Below, piece after piece: positions 54,995-64,000 of a DNA stretch of 64,000 nt (its first letter is position 1; every line of letters starts with the position of its first letter). The position numbers and the translations under genes are program-made. Under the pieces are notes generated by a model. That model saw nothing but the letters and a program-made list of their open reading frames with translations, was not told where the DNA came from and made no database searches. The stretch spans positions 2,752,001 through 2,816,000 of the forward strand of contig OY970320.1 of assembly GCA_963716745.1 (NCBI GenBank), read 5' to 3'. This DNA is from an uncultured Gemmatimonadaceae bacterium (lineage in GTDB: Bacteria; Gemmatimonadota; Gemmatimonadetes; Gemmatimonadales; Gemmatimonadaceae).

Positions 54995-56616
54995 ACGCTT
55001 CCGCATGCGCCTCACGCTCGCGATGCTCGCGATCGCGGCGGTCCCGCTCCTCGTCCTCGGCTACGGCATCCGCCGCGAGATGACCACACAGCTCGACGCC
55101 GACGCGACACGTCGCGTGACCGCGGCCGGCTTGGCGTCGCACGACCGGTTGGCGGCCATTCTCGAAACGGAGCATCGGCGTCTCGAATCGCTCGCCGTCA
55201 GACCTCGCCGCCGACAACCGCTTCCGGATCGCCCTCGCCGATTCGAACTCGGCCGAGCGACGCTGGCTGCTCGACTGGGCGCCTTCGGCCATGCGGCTCA
55301 CCGGATTCGCCGTGCTGCAGGTGCAGGACTCAAGCGGCCGGATCCTGAGCTCGGGTCAGTTCCGGAACGACTACGATCGCGTGGCGCCCACGGTGCCGCG
55401 GGCCGCGGTGCTCGACGCGCGCACCGCGACTGCGCCAGTGCGCGCCCTCGTCACGACGGTCGCGTTCACGGTGCGCGGCCAGCCGTATGCGGTCACGGGA
55501 GGTGCGAACTTCGACTCCGCGCGCGTCGCCGTCCTTTCCGGCGAGCCCTCGGTCGCGGCGCTGCTCGTGACCGATAGCGCGCCGCTCTCCAAGGGCGCGA
55601 TCGCCGCGGCCACGCTCCCCTACGTGAACGAAGCATCCACCGGGGCGCCGGAGCAGGCGCGCATCGTTCTCGTTCCCGACAATGGCCCCACGCGCGCGCT
55701 CGAGGCGGGCGTCACGCGCTGGCTGTTCATCACGCTCGGACTCACGCTGCTCGCGGCCGTCACGATCGCCGCGCTCCTCGGCCGGCTCATCTCATCGCCG
55801 ATCGTCCACCTGTCCGAACGCACGGCGCAACTCGATCTCGACCGCCTCGACGCGCAGTTCGCCTCCGGCCGCAACGACGAGCTCGGCGCGCTCGAGCGCA
55901 CGCTCGACGCGTTGGCGGGCCGGCTTCGCACGAGCGTCGCGCGACTGCGCGAGGCCGAGCGCGCGGCCGTCACCGGCGATCTCGCGCGGCAAGTGAATCA
56001 CGACATCAAGAACGGGCTCGCGCCCATTCGGAACGTGCTTCGCCACTTGGTGCAGACGGCCGAGCATGAGCCTGGCACTCTCGCCGCGGTGTTCAGAGAG
56101 CGTGCCGGAACGCTCGAGTCGAGCGTGGAGTATCTCGACTCACTCGCGCGCAACTACGCGAAGCTCTCTCCGGCGCTCACGCGTGGGCCCACGGATCCGC
56201 GCGCTGTCGTACTCGATATCGCGCATGGCGTCGCCGGCGCCACTGTCACGGTGCTCATGCCCGACGACCTGCCGCCCGTGCGCGCCGACGCAGTGGTACT
56301 CCATCGGATCCTCGACAACCTCGTGTCGAACGCCGTCGACGCACTCGACGGTAAGCCGGGCACGGTTACCATCGGCGCCGAATCGGTCGGCGAGAACTCC
56401 GAACGCCGCGTGCGATTCACGGTAACGGACACCGGCCGCGGCATGACGCGCGATGAGCTGAGTCTCGCCTTCAACGACTTCCACACCACGAAGCCCACCG
56501 GTACCGGGCTCGGCCTTTCGGTGGTGCGGCGCCTGCTCACGGACGTCGGCGGGTCGATGAAAGTCGATACCGCACCGGGGGAGGGAACGACCTTCACGGT
56601 AGAGATCCCGAGCTAG
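54992..56616 (+). CDS. HAMP-containing sensor histidine kinase
   Basis: Two TMs, RNDELG HAMP, NHDIKNGL H-box, NAVDA, DTGRG, GTGLGL. Confidence 0.92.
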
Positions 56617-56628
56617 ATTGCTCTGCTC

Positions 56629-57981
56629 ATGAGCCGGATCCTCGTCGTGGACGATGTGGCGGCGCTCGCCGAACAGTACGCGTACGATCTCAAGCGGATC
56701 GGCGCGCACGACGTCGTGACCGCCAACGATGGCGAGCGCGCGCTCAAGATGCTCGAGGCGGGCGGCTTCGACTGCGTCATTCTCGATCTCGAGATGCCGG
56801 GCACGGACGGATTCGCCGTGCTGCGCGCGTTGCGTCACCGCGGTGACGAGACGCCGGTGATCGTCTACACCGGCACCGGCGACTTCGAGCGCTGCATCGC
56901 GGCCGTGAGACTCGGCGCGGCCGGCTTCATCGACAAAGCGGAGCCGATGGAACGAGTAGCACAGGAGGTGGAGCACGCGATCGAGCGTCACGAGCTGCGC
57001 CGTGAGGTGTTCGTACTGCAGGCGGAGCTGGGCGCTTCGGCGCTGGTTGGCCGGAGCGCGGCGATCGCGAAGTTGAACGAGCAGATCGGCCGCATCGCGC
57101 CGGTGCCGAGCGCAGTGCTGATCACGGGCGAGAGCGGCACGGGCAAGGAGCTGGTCGCGCGCGAGCTGCACCGGCGCGGCGCGCACGCGGCGTCGCCCTT
57201 CATCGCGCTCAACTGCGCGGCGCTGCCGGAGAATCTCGTGGAGACCGAACTCTTCGGCCACGAGCGCGGCGCGTTCACCGGCGCGAGCGCCACGCGGAAG
57301 GGCGCGTTCGAGTCCGCCGGCGACGGCACGCTCTTCCTGGACGAGATCGGCGAGCTGCCGCTCGCGGCGCAGCCCAAGCTGCTGCGCGTGCTCGAGGAGC
57401 ACACCGTGACGCGCGTCGGCAGCAATGCCGTGATCAAAGTGAGCGCGCGCGTGGTGGCGGCCACGAATCGCGATCTCGATGCGATGGTGAAGGAACAGGA
57501 GTTCCGCGAGGATCTGTTCTATCGCCTCAACGTGCTCGTGATCCACACGCCGCCGCTGCGCGACCGGCGCGAGGACATTCCGCTGCTCGCCCAGCGCTTC
57601 GTCGAGATCACGTGCCGCGAGTTCGGCATGCTGCCGAAACAGCTCGCTCCGGAGGCGCGCGAGCTGCTCGTGGCGTACGACTGGCGCCGGAACAACGTGC
57701 GCGAGCTGCGCAACGCGATCGAGCGCGCGGTGGTGGCGGCGAACGGAGAAACGATCCGCGCCGCCGATCTCCCTTCCGAAGTCCGCGGCGATGGGCCGGG
57801 TGCGGTGGACGTGGACATCGAGTCCTTCCACGTGCAGCGCATGAACGCCGAGCGGCGGATCGTGCTCGCGGCGCTGGAGCGGCACAAGTGGCAGATCACG
57901 CGCACCGCGGAGTCGCTGGGTCTCGCGGACCACGCGAGCCTGCTCAAGATCATGCGAAGGCTCGGGATCCAGCGCGATTAG
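56629..57981 (+). CDS. Sigma-54-dependent response regulator (NtrC family)
   Basis: Receiver domain, GESGTGKE, GAFTGA, FLDEIGE, NNVRELRN, C-terminal HTH. Confidence 0.96.
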   Translation: MSRILVVDDVAALAEQYAYDLKRIGAHDVVTANDGERALKMLEAGGFDCVILDLEMPGTDGFAVLRALRHRGDETPVIVYTGTGDFERCIAAVRLGAAGFIDKAEPMERVAQEVEHAIERHELRREVFVLQAELGASALVGRSAAIAKLNEQIGRIAPVPSAVLITGESGTGKELVARELHRRGAHAASPFIALNCAALPENLVETELFGHERGAFTGASATRKGAFESAGDGTLFLDEIGELPLAAQPKLLRVLEEHTVTRVGSNAVIKVSARVVAATNRDLDAMVKEQEFREDLFYRLNVLVIHTPPLRDRREDIPLLAQRFVEITCREFGMLPKQLAPEARELLVAYDWRRNNVRELRNAIERAVVAANGETIRAADLPSEVRGDGPGAVDVDIESFHVQRMNAERRIVLAALERHKWQITRTAESLGLADHASLLKIMRRLGIQRD

Positions 57982-58032
57982 GGGCAGCGTTCCGCGCCCT
58001 TGCACGTCCTTCGCACTCCCGTCATGCTAGTG

Positions 58033-59254
58033 ATGTCCAAATTCCTTGGAGCCTTCAAGATGCGGCTCTCAGACAGCGCCAGAGTCTCTCGCATCAGTGC
58101 TCCGGTTCACGGGTTCCTCTTCGGCATTGCCGTCGGCGTGATCGCGGTGGGATCCGTGGGGTTCTCGTTTTCCCGTCCGCGCCACGCGAATGCATTGGCG
58201 CCGGCCGTGGCGCCTCGATCGTTGACCGCGCACAGCGGCCCATCCTGCCCGCTTTCCCTGCAACAGCAGGTGGCCGCGGTCAAGGCATTCGGCGAGATGA
58301 TGCCGGTCTTCCGCCACCCGCGCTGCCTCAACTGTCACGGCGGCCTGGATCCGATGTCGAAGCGGCATCCGGGTAGTGACCAGTTGGAAGGGATCACGGA
58401 CCGCGACACGCTGTTTGAGAAATGCCAGGACTGTCATGACGGGCTAGAGGGGTGGATCCAACCCCTAGAGTCGCAGTTCTTCGTCGGCAAGAGCGATGAG
58501 CAGTTGTGCCTGCAGATGAAGGAGTTCGAGGGGTCCGCAGACGGATTCGTGTCGCACATCCAGGACGATCACGGGGGCGTCCAGTTCATCGCTGCGGGAT
58601 TCGCCGGCGACCGCGCGCTCGGCGCGCAGGGACTGAAGGACAACCATTCTCGTCGCTGAGAAGCCGCCGGGAACCCAGGCGGAACTCACCGCGAAGGCCA
58701 GGAAATGGGTGGCCGCCATGGGCGGCAAGTACGTCGGCTCACCCAAGTGCGGGTGTGCCCTGCCGAAGATCCAACTCGAGATAAAACATGAGAGCATGTT
58801 CAACACGGACAACCCCACTTTCAAGGCTGGAAGAGTCGGCTTCCACGGTATCGCGAATTTCCGGGTGAATCTCGTTCCCATGCAGGGGATGGAGGGGCGT
58901 TACAGCGGCGACACGACGGTGGTCCGGTCAATGCAGGCGCAGATCGTGAATAAGGCGTGCACTGGCACGGCCTCGCAGACCGAGCATTGGTGGTTCAGCG
59001 CCGAGGTGGACCAGACGTCGGGGGCGATGGAGTTGACGTTCGGCTTCACGGCGTCGGACTTCAGCGGCTCGTCGGAATGCAAGGTCGGGGGGCACGTCAT
59101 TCGCAATCCGCTCGATCCCTATCTGTTCCATGACCTCAACAAGATCGTGTTGCCCGCGGACAGCGGGGCGACGAAGGAGGAAACGCTCAAAGAGCCGCAT
59201 GGCACGGCGCAGGAATGGCTGGTCGTCAAGGTGATCGCGGTGCCGGGGAGATAA
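58033..59254 (+). CDS. Di-heme c-type cytochrome-like protein with C-terminal extension (one indel)
   Basis: HPRCLNCH and CQDCH; N-terminal TM. Confidence 0.65.
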
Positions 59255-59302
59255 AGCGCCGGAGACATGAAGGACCCCATCCACCGCGATCGAGGCTGTC
59301 GC

Positions 59303-59352
59303 GTGTCCGCTTCGACACTTCGCGGCGCGCGGATTCGTGTCCGCCTGGACAC
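59303..59352. promoter_or_regulatory. Tandem palindromic upstream activator sites
   Basis: GTGTC-N6-GACAC at 59303-59318 and 59337-59352. Confidence 0.65.
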
Positions 59353-59439
59353 GTTGCGTTCGAAGCGCGCGACGCGGCGGGGCGCGCAAGTCGAACGGCG
59401 GCAGCCGGTTCGGTCGTGACAGCGACTCCCGCGGGGATG

Positions 59440-59455
59440 TGGCGCGGGTCGTGCT
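59440..59455 (+). promoter_or_regulatory. Sigma-54 -24/-12 promoter
   Basis: TGGCGCG-GGTC-GTGCT (GG-N10-GC). Confidence 0.65.
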
Positions 59456-59505
59456 TCTCCTACGGGGCGACGGGAAATGATTCCCGCCCCCACTAGGAGG
59501 TTCGT

Positions 59506-60426
59506 ATGACCCGCACCATCCACACCCCAACGCTGATCGTCCTCGCGCTCGCCGTGCTCGCGTGCGGCGGCGACAAGCCGAAGCCGGCGGTCACCAGCGC
59601 CGAAGCGCACGGCGTAACGACGCTCCCCCCGGCGACGACGCCCGTCGCGGTGACTGCCCCGGAATCCGCGGCGCCGGCATTCGAGAGCGCCGAGGCCGCG
59701 TACAAGGCCGGCGATTTCCGCGCCGCCGCCGGGATGTACAAGACGCAGGTCGAGTCCACGCCGGACGACGCCTTCGATCACTACATGCTCGGTCTCTCGA
59801 GCTGGAAGGCCGGCGATTTCAACGGCGCGAAGCAAGCGTTCGACAAATCGATCGAGCTCGATCCGAAGTTCGCGAAAGCGTACTTCAACGAGGCGCGCGT
59901 GCTCCTCGACATGCAGCGTGCGCCCGAGGCGCTCGAGTTGATCACGAAGGGGCGCGAGATCGATTCCACGTCGAGCGACGGGCTGCGTCTCACGGCCCGC
60001 GCGCAGATGCAGAGCGGCGACATCGATGGCTCGATGAAGACGTACCGTGAACTGCTCACGCGCGACGAGACCGACGCGTGGGGGCTGAACAACTATGGCA
60101 TGCTGTTGGTCGACCGCGGCGAGTTCGACGACGCGATCGGTCCGTTGGCGCGTGCGGTGCAGCTGCGGCCCACCGCGCCGGTGTTCCTGAATAATCTGGG
60201 CATCGCGCTCGAGAAAGCGGGGCACCCGGTGGCGGCGCTGCACCGGTACCAGCTCGCGGTGCAGAGCGACTCCTCGTATGCGAAGGCGGTGAAGAACGTC
60301 GAGCGGCTCACGCCTACCGTGAGCGACACGACGGCGGCGGCCGAGGTGGACGTGGTGGCGATCGCCGAGCAGTTCCGGCTCAAGGTGAAGTCGTGGAAGG
60401 AGACGACGCCGGCGCAGGTGCCATAG
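59506..60426 (+). CDS. Tetratricopeptide-repeat lipoprotein
   Basis: AGGAGG RBS, VLAC lipobox, multiple TPRs. Confidence 0.9.
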   Translation: MTRTIHTPTLIVLALAVLACGGDKPKPAVTSAEAHGVTTLPPATTPVAVTAPESAAPAFESAEAAYKAGDFRAAAGMYKTQVESTPDDAFDHYMLGLSSWKAGDFNGAKQAFDKSIELDPKFAKAYFNEARVLLDMQRAPEALELITKGREIDSTSSDGLRLTARAQMQSGDIDGSMKTYRELLTRDETDAWGLNNYGMLLVDRGEFDDAIGPLARAVQLRPTAPVFLNNLGIALEKAGHPVAALHRYQLAVQSDSSYAKAVKNVERLTPTVSDTTAAAEVDVVAIAEQFRLKVKSWKETTPAQVP

Positions 60427-60460
60427 CCGTGAGTGGTTGCAGTTGCAGTTCACTGCAGGT

Positions 60461-60521
60461 GAATCATGTTAATCCTGTCAAAGTAGTTTTCGAAAATACT
60501 TTGACAGGATTAACATGATTC
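60461..60521. repeat. AT-rich palindrome, copy 3
   Basis: Perfect 25-bp arms GAATCATGTTAATCCTGTCAAAGTA / TACTTTGACAGGATTAACATGATTC. Confidence 0.9.
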
Positions 60522-60542
60522 AAATGATGAACTATCCCAGCA

Positions 60543-61052
60543 ATGCTCATTGAGCCTGCCAGCCCCGATGACCTGTCTGCCGTGCGTGGTATCTACGAGC
60601 ATGCTCGCGTCGTGCAGCGGGCGCGACATTCCATCCAGTGGCCTGAATTCAGCGATGCGACGATCCTCTCGGAGATCGAGCGAGGGCGGCTCTTTCGCGT
60701 CTCTGCGGACGATTCGATCGCGGGAATCTTTTCAGTAGCATACGAGGATGGTGCCATCTGGGGCCCGCACGAACGCGGGGCGCACATTTATCTCCACCGC
60801 ATCGCGCGTGCACCCGCCAGTCCCGGCGGCTTGGTGGATCTCATCCTAATCTGGGCGGACGCCGAGTGCCTGCGACTCGGCCGCGAGGGGTTGCGGATGG
60901 ATACGTGGGCGAGGAACGCGGCACTCATCGCATTCTACGGAGAGCGCGGCTTTCGTCTCGTGGAGGAGCGGCGCTTGGGAGATGATCCGCGCTTGGCCGC
61001 GCACTACCATGGCAACTCATTCGCGCTGCTCGAGCGGGCATGCGCGATTTGA
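60543..61052 (+). CDS. GNAT family N-acetyltransferase
   Basis: YLHRIA, LRMDTWARNAALIAFY..RGF. Confidence 0.85.
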   Translation: MLIEPASPDDLSAVRGIYEHARVVQRARHSIQWPEFSDATILSEIERGRLFRVSADDSIAGIFSVAYEDGAIWGPHERGAHIYLHRIARAPASPGGLVDLILIWADAECLRLGREGLRMDTWARNAALIAFYGERGFRLVEERRLGDDPRLAAHYHGNSFALLERACAI

Positions 61053-61082
61053 CGCCGTGACCTATCGGCCGCAAAATATCCT

Positions 61083-61280
61083 ATGGCCCTCATCCTCGTA
61101 GTCCCGCTCTTCCTCTACGCGATCATCATGGGACTCACGTCCTGGCTGTGGCGCGTGATCTGGACGGGCGCCTCCGTGGCCGCGTGGTTCTACCTCGGCC
61201 CCGCCTGGATCGCCGTGCCGGCGATCGCGATCATCGGCATCGCCATCAAGAATTCAATGCCAAGAGTCAGCAAGCTGTAA
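61083..61280 (+). CDS. Small membrane protein
   Basis: 65-aa hydrophobic ORF with GC3 bias. Confidence 0.6.
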   Translation: MALILVVPLFLYAIIMGLTSWLWRVIWTGASVAAWFYLGPAWIAVPAIAIIGIAIKNSMPRVSKL

Positions 61281-61299
61281 CTGCGAACGCGTGTGGGCC

Positions 61300-61433
61300 C
61301 TAGTACCACTGAAACAGCGCGTCTAGCGACTGAGCGTGTGGTACGACTCTGCGTGAGTGGGCGGCGTGCGCAGTGCACTCACGCCCCGCAGTACCAAGCT
61401 CAGTTGCCATACGCGCCTTTTCAGCGGTACTAG
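61300..61433. repeat. 134-bp MITE-like imperfect inverted repeat with CTAG ends
   Basis: CTAGTACCACTGAAA...TTTCAGCGGTACTAG; inner GCGTGAGTG/CACTCACGC stem. Confidence 0.8.
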
Positions 61434-61452
61434 AGCCTACCTCCGCCTCTAT

Positions 61453-61914
61453 CTACGGCTTCATTACCTGCCCGCGTATCTCCCCCGCCGGGTATTTCGC
61501 CGTGTGCACGTTCACATACGCGTTCCCGTTGGCCATCAGCGCGCGTAATGAATCGCCCGTCACGCCCTTGCTCACTTCCTTCGTGAGATCGACGGAGTCG
61601 TCCGCGACGGTTCCGTCGGCTACCGCTTTGACGGTGAACGTGACGACCGGTGGTCCCGCGACGCCCGGCGCGCCAACGTGGATATGTGCCGCCGTCGCCG
61701 GGCCGCTCAGCCCGCCAACAGTGACCATGTAATGCAACTCGTTCCCGGCAACGGTGAGCGTCACCGTGCCGGATGCGTGCGACATATTCGGCGGCGTTTC
61801 CGCGCTCGCGTTCATGTGCGCCGAATACTCGGCATGCTGCCTTGCCGCGGGCGAGCCGTTCCATACGGGGAACAGCGCGACGGCCGCCGCGAGACCAAAG
61901 GTCGGCATCCGCAT
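61453..61914 (-). CDS. CHRD domain protein
   Basis: LSGPATAAHIH, YVNVHTAKYPAGEIRGQ. Confidence 0.93.
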   Translation of the reverse strand: MRMPTFGLAAAVALFPVWNGSPAARQHAEYSAHMNASAETPPNMSHASGTVTLTVAGNELHYMVTVGGLSGPATAAHIHVGAPGVAGPPVVTFTVKAVADGTVADDSVDLTKEVSKGVTGDSLRALMANGNAYVNVHTAKYPAGEIRGQVMKP

Positions 61915-62132
61915 GGGATCCTCCTATCGGAATGAGATGGCGAAGCGCGACGCGAAGCCGAGAAATTCGGCGCGCGCCGTGAGCGATTCCCTATCCGTAA
62001 GCAATGTAGGGCGAGCGGCGGCGACACTCACGGACCTGATCCGGCGTCCCGGCGCCCTCCACACGATACCCCATGCATGCACGCAGGTTCAAGGCCTACC
62101 GCCGCCTCCATGAGGACGCCATTGTATTGGCC

Positions 62133-63098
62133 ATGCCACACGATGCCGCGAATGCGCGGTCAGAGATCGATCGTCGACAGTTCCTCGGCGCCGCGACCGG
62201 ATTGGCCGCACTCGCGTTGCTGCCGCGCTGGAGATTCGCCTCACCGGCGAAGACGCGGCTCATCCTCCTCGGTACGGGCGGCGGCCCGCGCCCCCGGAAA
62301 GGGCGCTATTCGTCGTCGCAGGTGATCATCGTGAACAACGTTGCGTACGTGGTGGATTGCGGTGACGGCGTAGCCCGGCAGCTCGTGATCGCCGGTATCC
62401 CGCTCAACACGATCGGCGACGTGTTCATCACGCACCATCACTCCGACCACAACGCGGACTACGGCAACCTGCTCCTGCTCGCATGGGCCAGCGGATTGCA
62501 CACGCGCGTCGACACATGGGGGCCGCCGCCGATCGAGAAGATCACGCAGCTCTTCCTCGAGATGAGCAAGACCGACATCGATGTGCGCATCGCGGATCAG
62601 GGGAATCTGCCGCTGGGGCCGTTGGTCCATGCGCATGATCTCACCGGCCCCGGGCTCGTGATGCAAGACGACAATGTCCGTGTCACCAGTGCGCTCGTGG
62701 ATCATCCGCCGCTGGTGCCCGCATATGCGTTCCGCTTCGACAGTGCCGACCGCAGCATCGTGATCTCCGGAGACACCCGCCGCTCGGCGAACCTCGAGAC
62801 GCTTGCGCGCGGCGCCGACGTGCTCGTGCATGAAGCCCTCTGGGTGCCGGCCGTCGACAGGATCATCGGCAGCTCGAATGCGTCCGATCTGGCGGCGCTC
62901 AGGGCGCATCTCATCAATAGCCATACGTCGGTCGAGGACTGCGGCCGCGTGGCGGCGGCCGCGGGAGTGAAGACCCTCGTGCTGTCGCACCTCGTGCCGT
63001 CGGACGATCCGGCGATCACCGAGCAGATGTGGATCGATGCAGCCCAGAAGTATTTTTCCGGCGAAATCATCGTAGCGCGCGATCTGATGGAGATCTAG
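62133..63098 (+). CDS. MBL-fold metallo-hydrolase (RNase Z/AtsA-like), Tat-exported
   Basis: DRRQFL Tat motif, LLGTGGGP, THHHSDH, SGDT, LSHLVP. Confidence 0.9.
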   Translation: MPHDAANARSEIDRRQFLGAATGLAALALLPRWRFASPAKTRLILLGTGGGPRPRKGRYSSSQVIIVNNVAYVVDCGDGVARQLVIAGIPLNTIGDVFITHHHSDHNADYGNLLLLAWASGLHTRVDTWGPPPIEKITQLFLEMSKTDIDVRIADQGNLPLGPLVHAHDLTGPGLVMQDDNVRVTSALVDHPPLVPAYAFRFDSADRSIVISGDTRRSANLETLARGADVLVHEALWVPAVDRIIGSSNASDLAALRAHLINSHTSVEDCGRVAAAAGVKTLVLSHLVPSDDPAITEQMWIDAAQKYFSGEIIVARDLMEI

Positions 63099-63174
63099 GA
63101 TGCGCATTCAACTACAACGGGCTTCGCCGCACCATCTGGCCTCGGCGCCTTCGCTGCCCCATCCTTGAGATAGC

Positions 63175-64000
63175 ATGGCCGACACCACCCGCCTCGCCGC
63201 CGCTCTGGCTGACCGGTACATCATTGAACGGGAGTTGGGTGCGGGCGGGATGGCGACCGTCTATCTCGCTCACGACGTCAAACACGACCGGCCGGTCGCT
63301 CTCAAGGTATTGCGGCCCGAACTCGCCGCGGTCATCGGCGCCGAGCGCTTTCTCGCCGAGATCAAAGTCACGGCCAATCTCCAGCATCCCCACATCGTCA
63401 CGCTCATCGATTCGGGGGAGAGCGACGGCACGCTCTGGTACGTGCTGCCTTACATTCGCGGCGAATCGCTGCGCGACCGGCTGACCAGGGAGCGGCAACT
63501 CGGCGTGGACGACGCGCTGGCGATCACGCGCCAGGTCGCGGCCGCGCTCGATTATGCGCACGCCCAAGGCGTCATCCATCGCGACATCAAACCCGAGAAC
63601 ATCCTGCTCCACGAAGGGGAGGCCATGCTGGCCGACTTCGGCATCGCGTTGGCCGTGAAGCAAGCGGGCGGCAACCGGCTCACCGAGACGGGGCTCTCCC
63701 TCGGCACGCCGCAGTACATGAGCCCCGAGCAGGCCACCGCCGACCGCGCCCTGGATGCCCGAAGCGATGTCTATTCGCTGGGCGCCGTGGTCTATGAGAT
63801 GCTCGCGGGCGAGCCACCCCATACCGGGGCGACCGCGCACGCGGTGATCGCCAAGTTGCTTACGGAGCGGCCGCTGTCTCTGCGCGTCGTCCGATCATCG
63901 CTCCCGCCGGGAGTGGACGCCGCCGTTTCGCGAGCGCTGGAAACGGTGGCCGCGGACCGCTTCCCGACGGCGGGGGAATTCGCGCGTGCGCTGGATGCGG
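63175..64000 (+). CDS. Ser/Thr protein kinase (runs off window end)
   Basis: GAGGMATVY, VALK, HRDIKPEN, DFG, GTPQYMSPEQ (translated by hand). Confidence 0.95.
   Translation, partial: MADTTRLAAALADRYIIERELGAGGMATVYLAHDVKHDRPVALKVLRPELAAVIGAERFLAEIKVTANLQHPHIVTLIDSGESDGTLWYVLPYIRGESLRDRLTRERQLGVDDALAITRQVAAALDYAHAQGVIHRDIKPENILLHEGEAMLADFGIALAVKQAGGNRLTETGLSLGTPQYMSPEQATADRALDARSDVYSLGAVVYEMLAGEPPHTGATAHAVIAKLLTERPLSLRVVRSSLPPGVDAAVSRALETVAADRFPTAGEFARALDA

Overview
High-GC bacterial chromosome segment, probably Gemmatimonadota (inferred from the Ser/Thr kinase type and overall gene repertoire, not checked by search). 0.6-16.4 kb is a core translation/transcription cluster: cysS, four tRNAs, tuf, rpmG, secE, nusG, rplKAJL, rpoB, rpoC. 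From about 12.8 kb onward many genes, including essential rpoC, carry single-base indels, and there is a 298-nt poly-A run. These are best read as long-read errors, so pseudogene calls are unreliable. The accessory region has a PAS hybrid histidine kinase bracketed by long inverted repeats and a nirK-like copper nitrite reductase between identical 39-bp direct repeats. It also holds a chromosomal integron whose integrase points toward its cassettes (attI plus five attC sites, four of one family), followed by a RHH/RelE toxin-antitoxin pair. Further on are tandem IPT/TIG secreted paralogs, an M14 peptidase, a sigma-54 two-component system with a readable candidate target promoter (tandem UAS plus -24/-12), and several distinct families of small palindromic intergenic elements.
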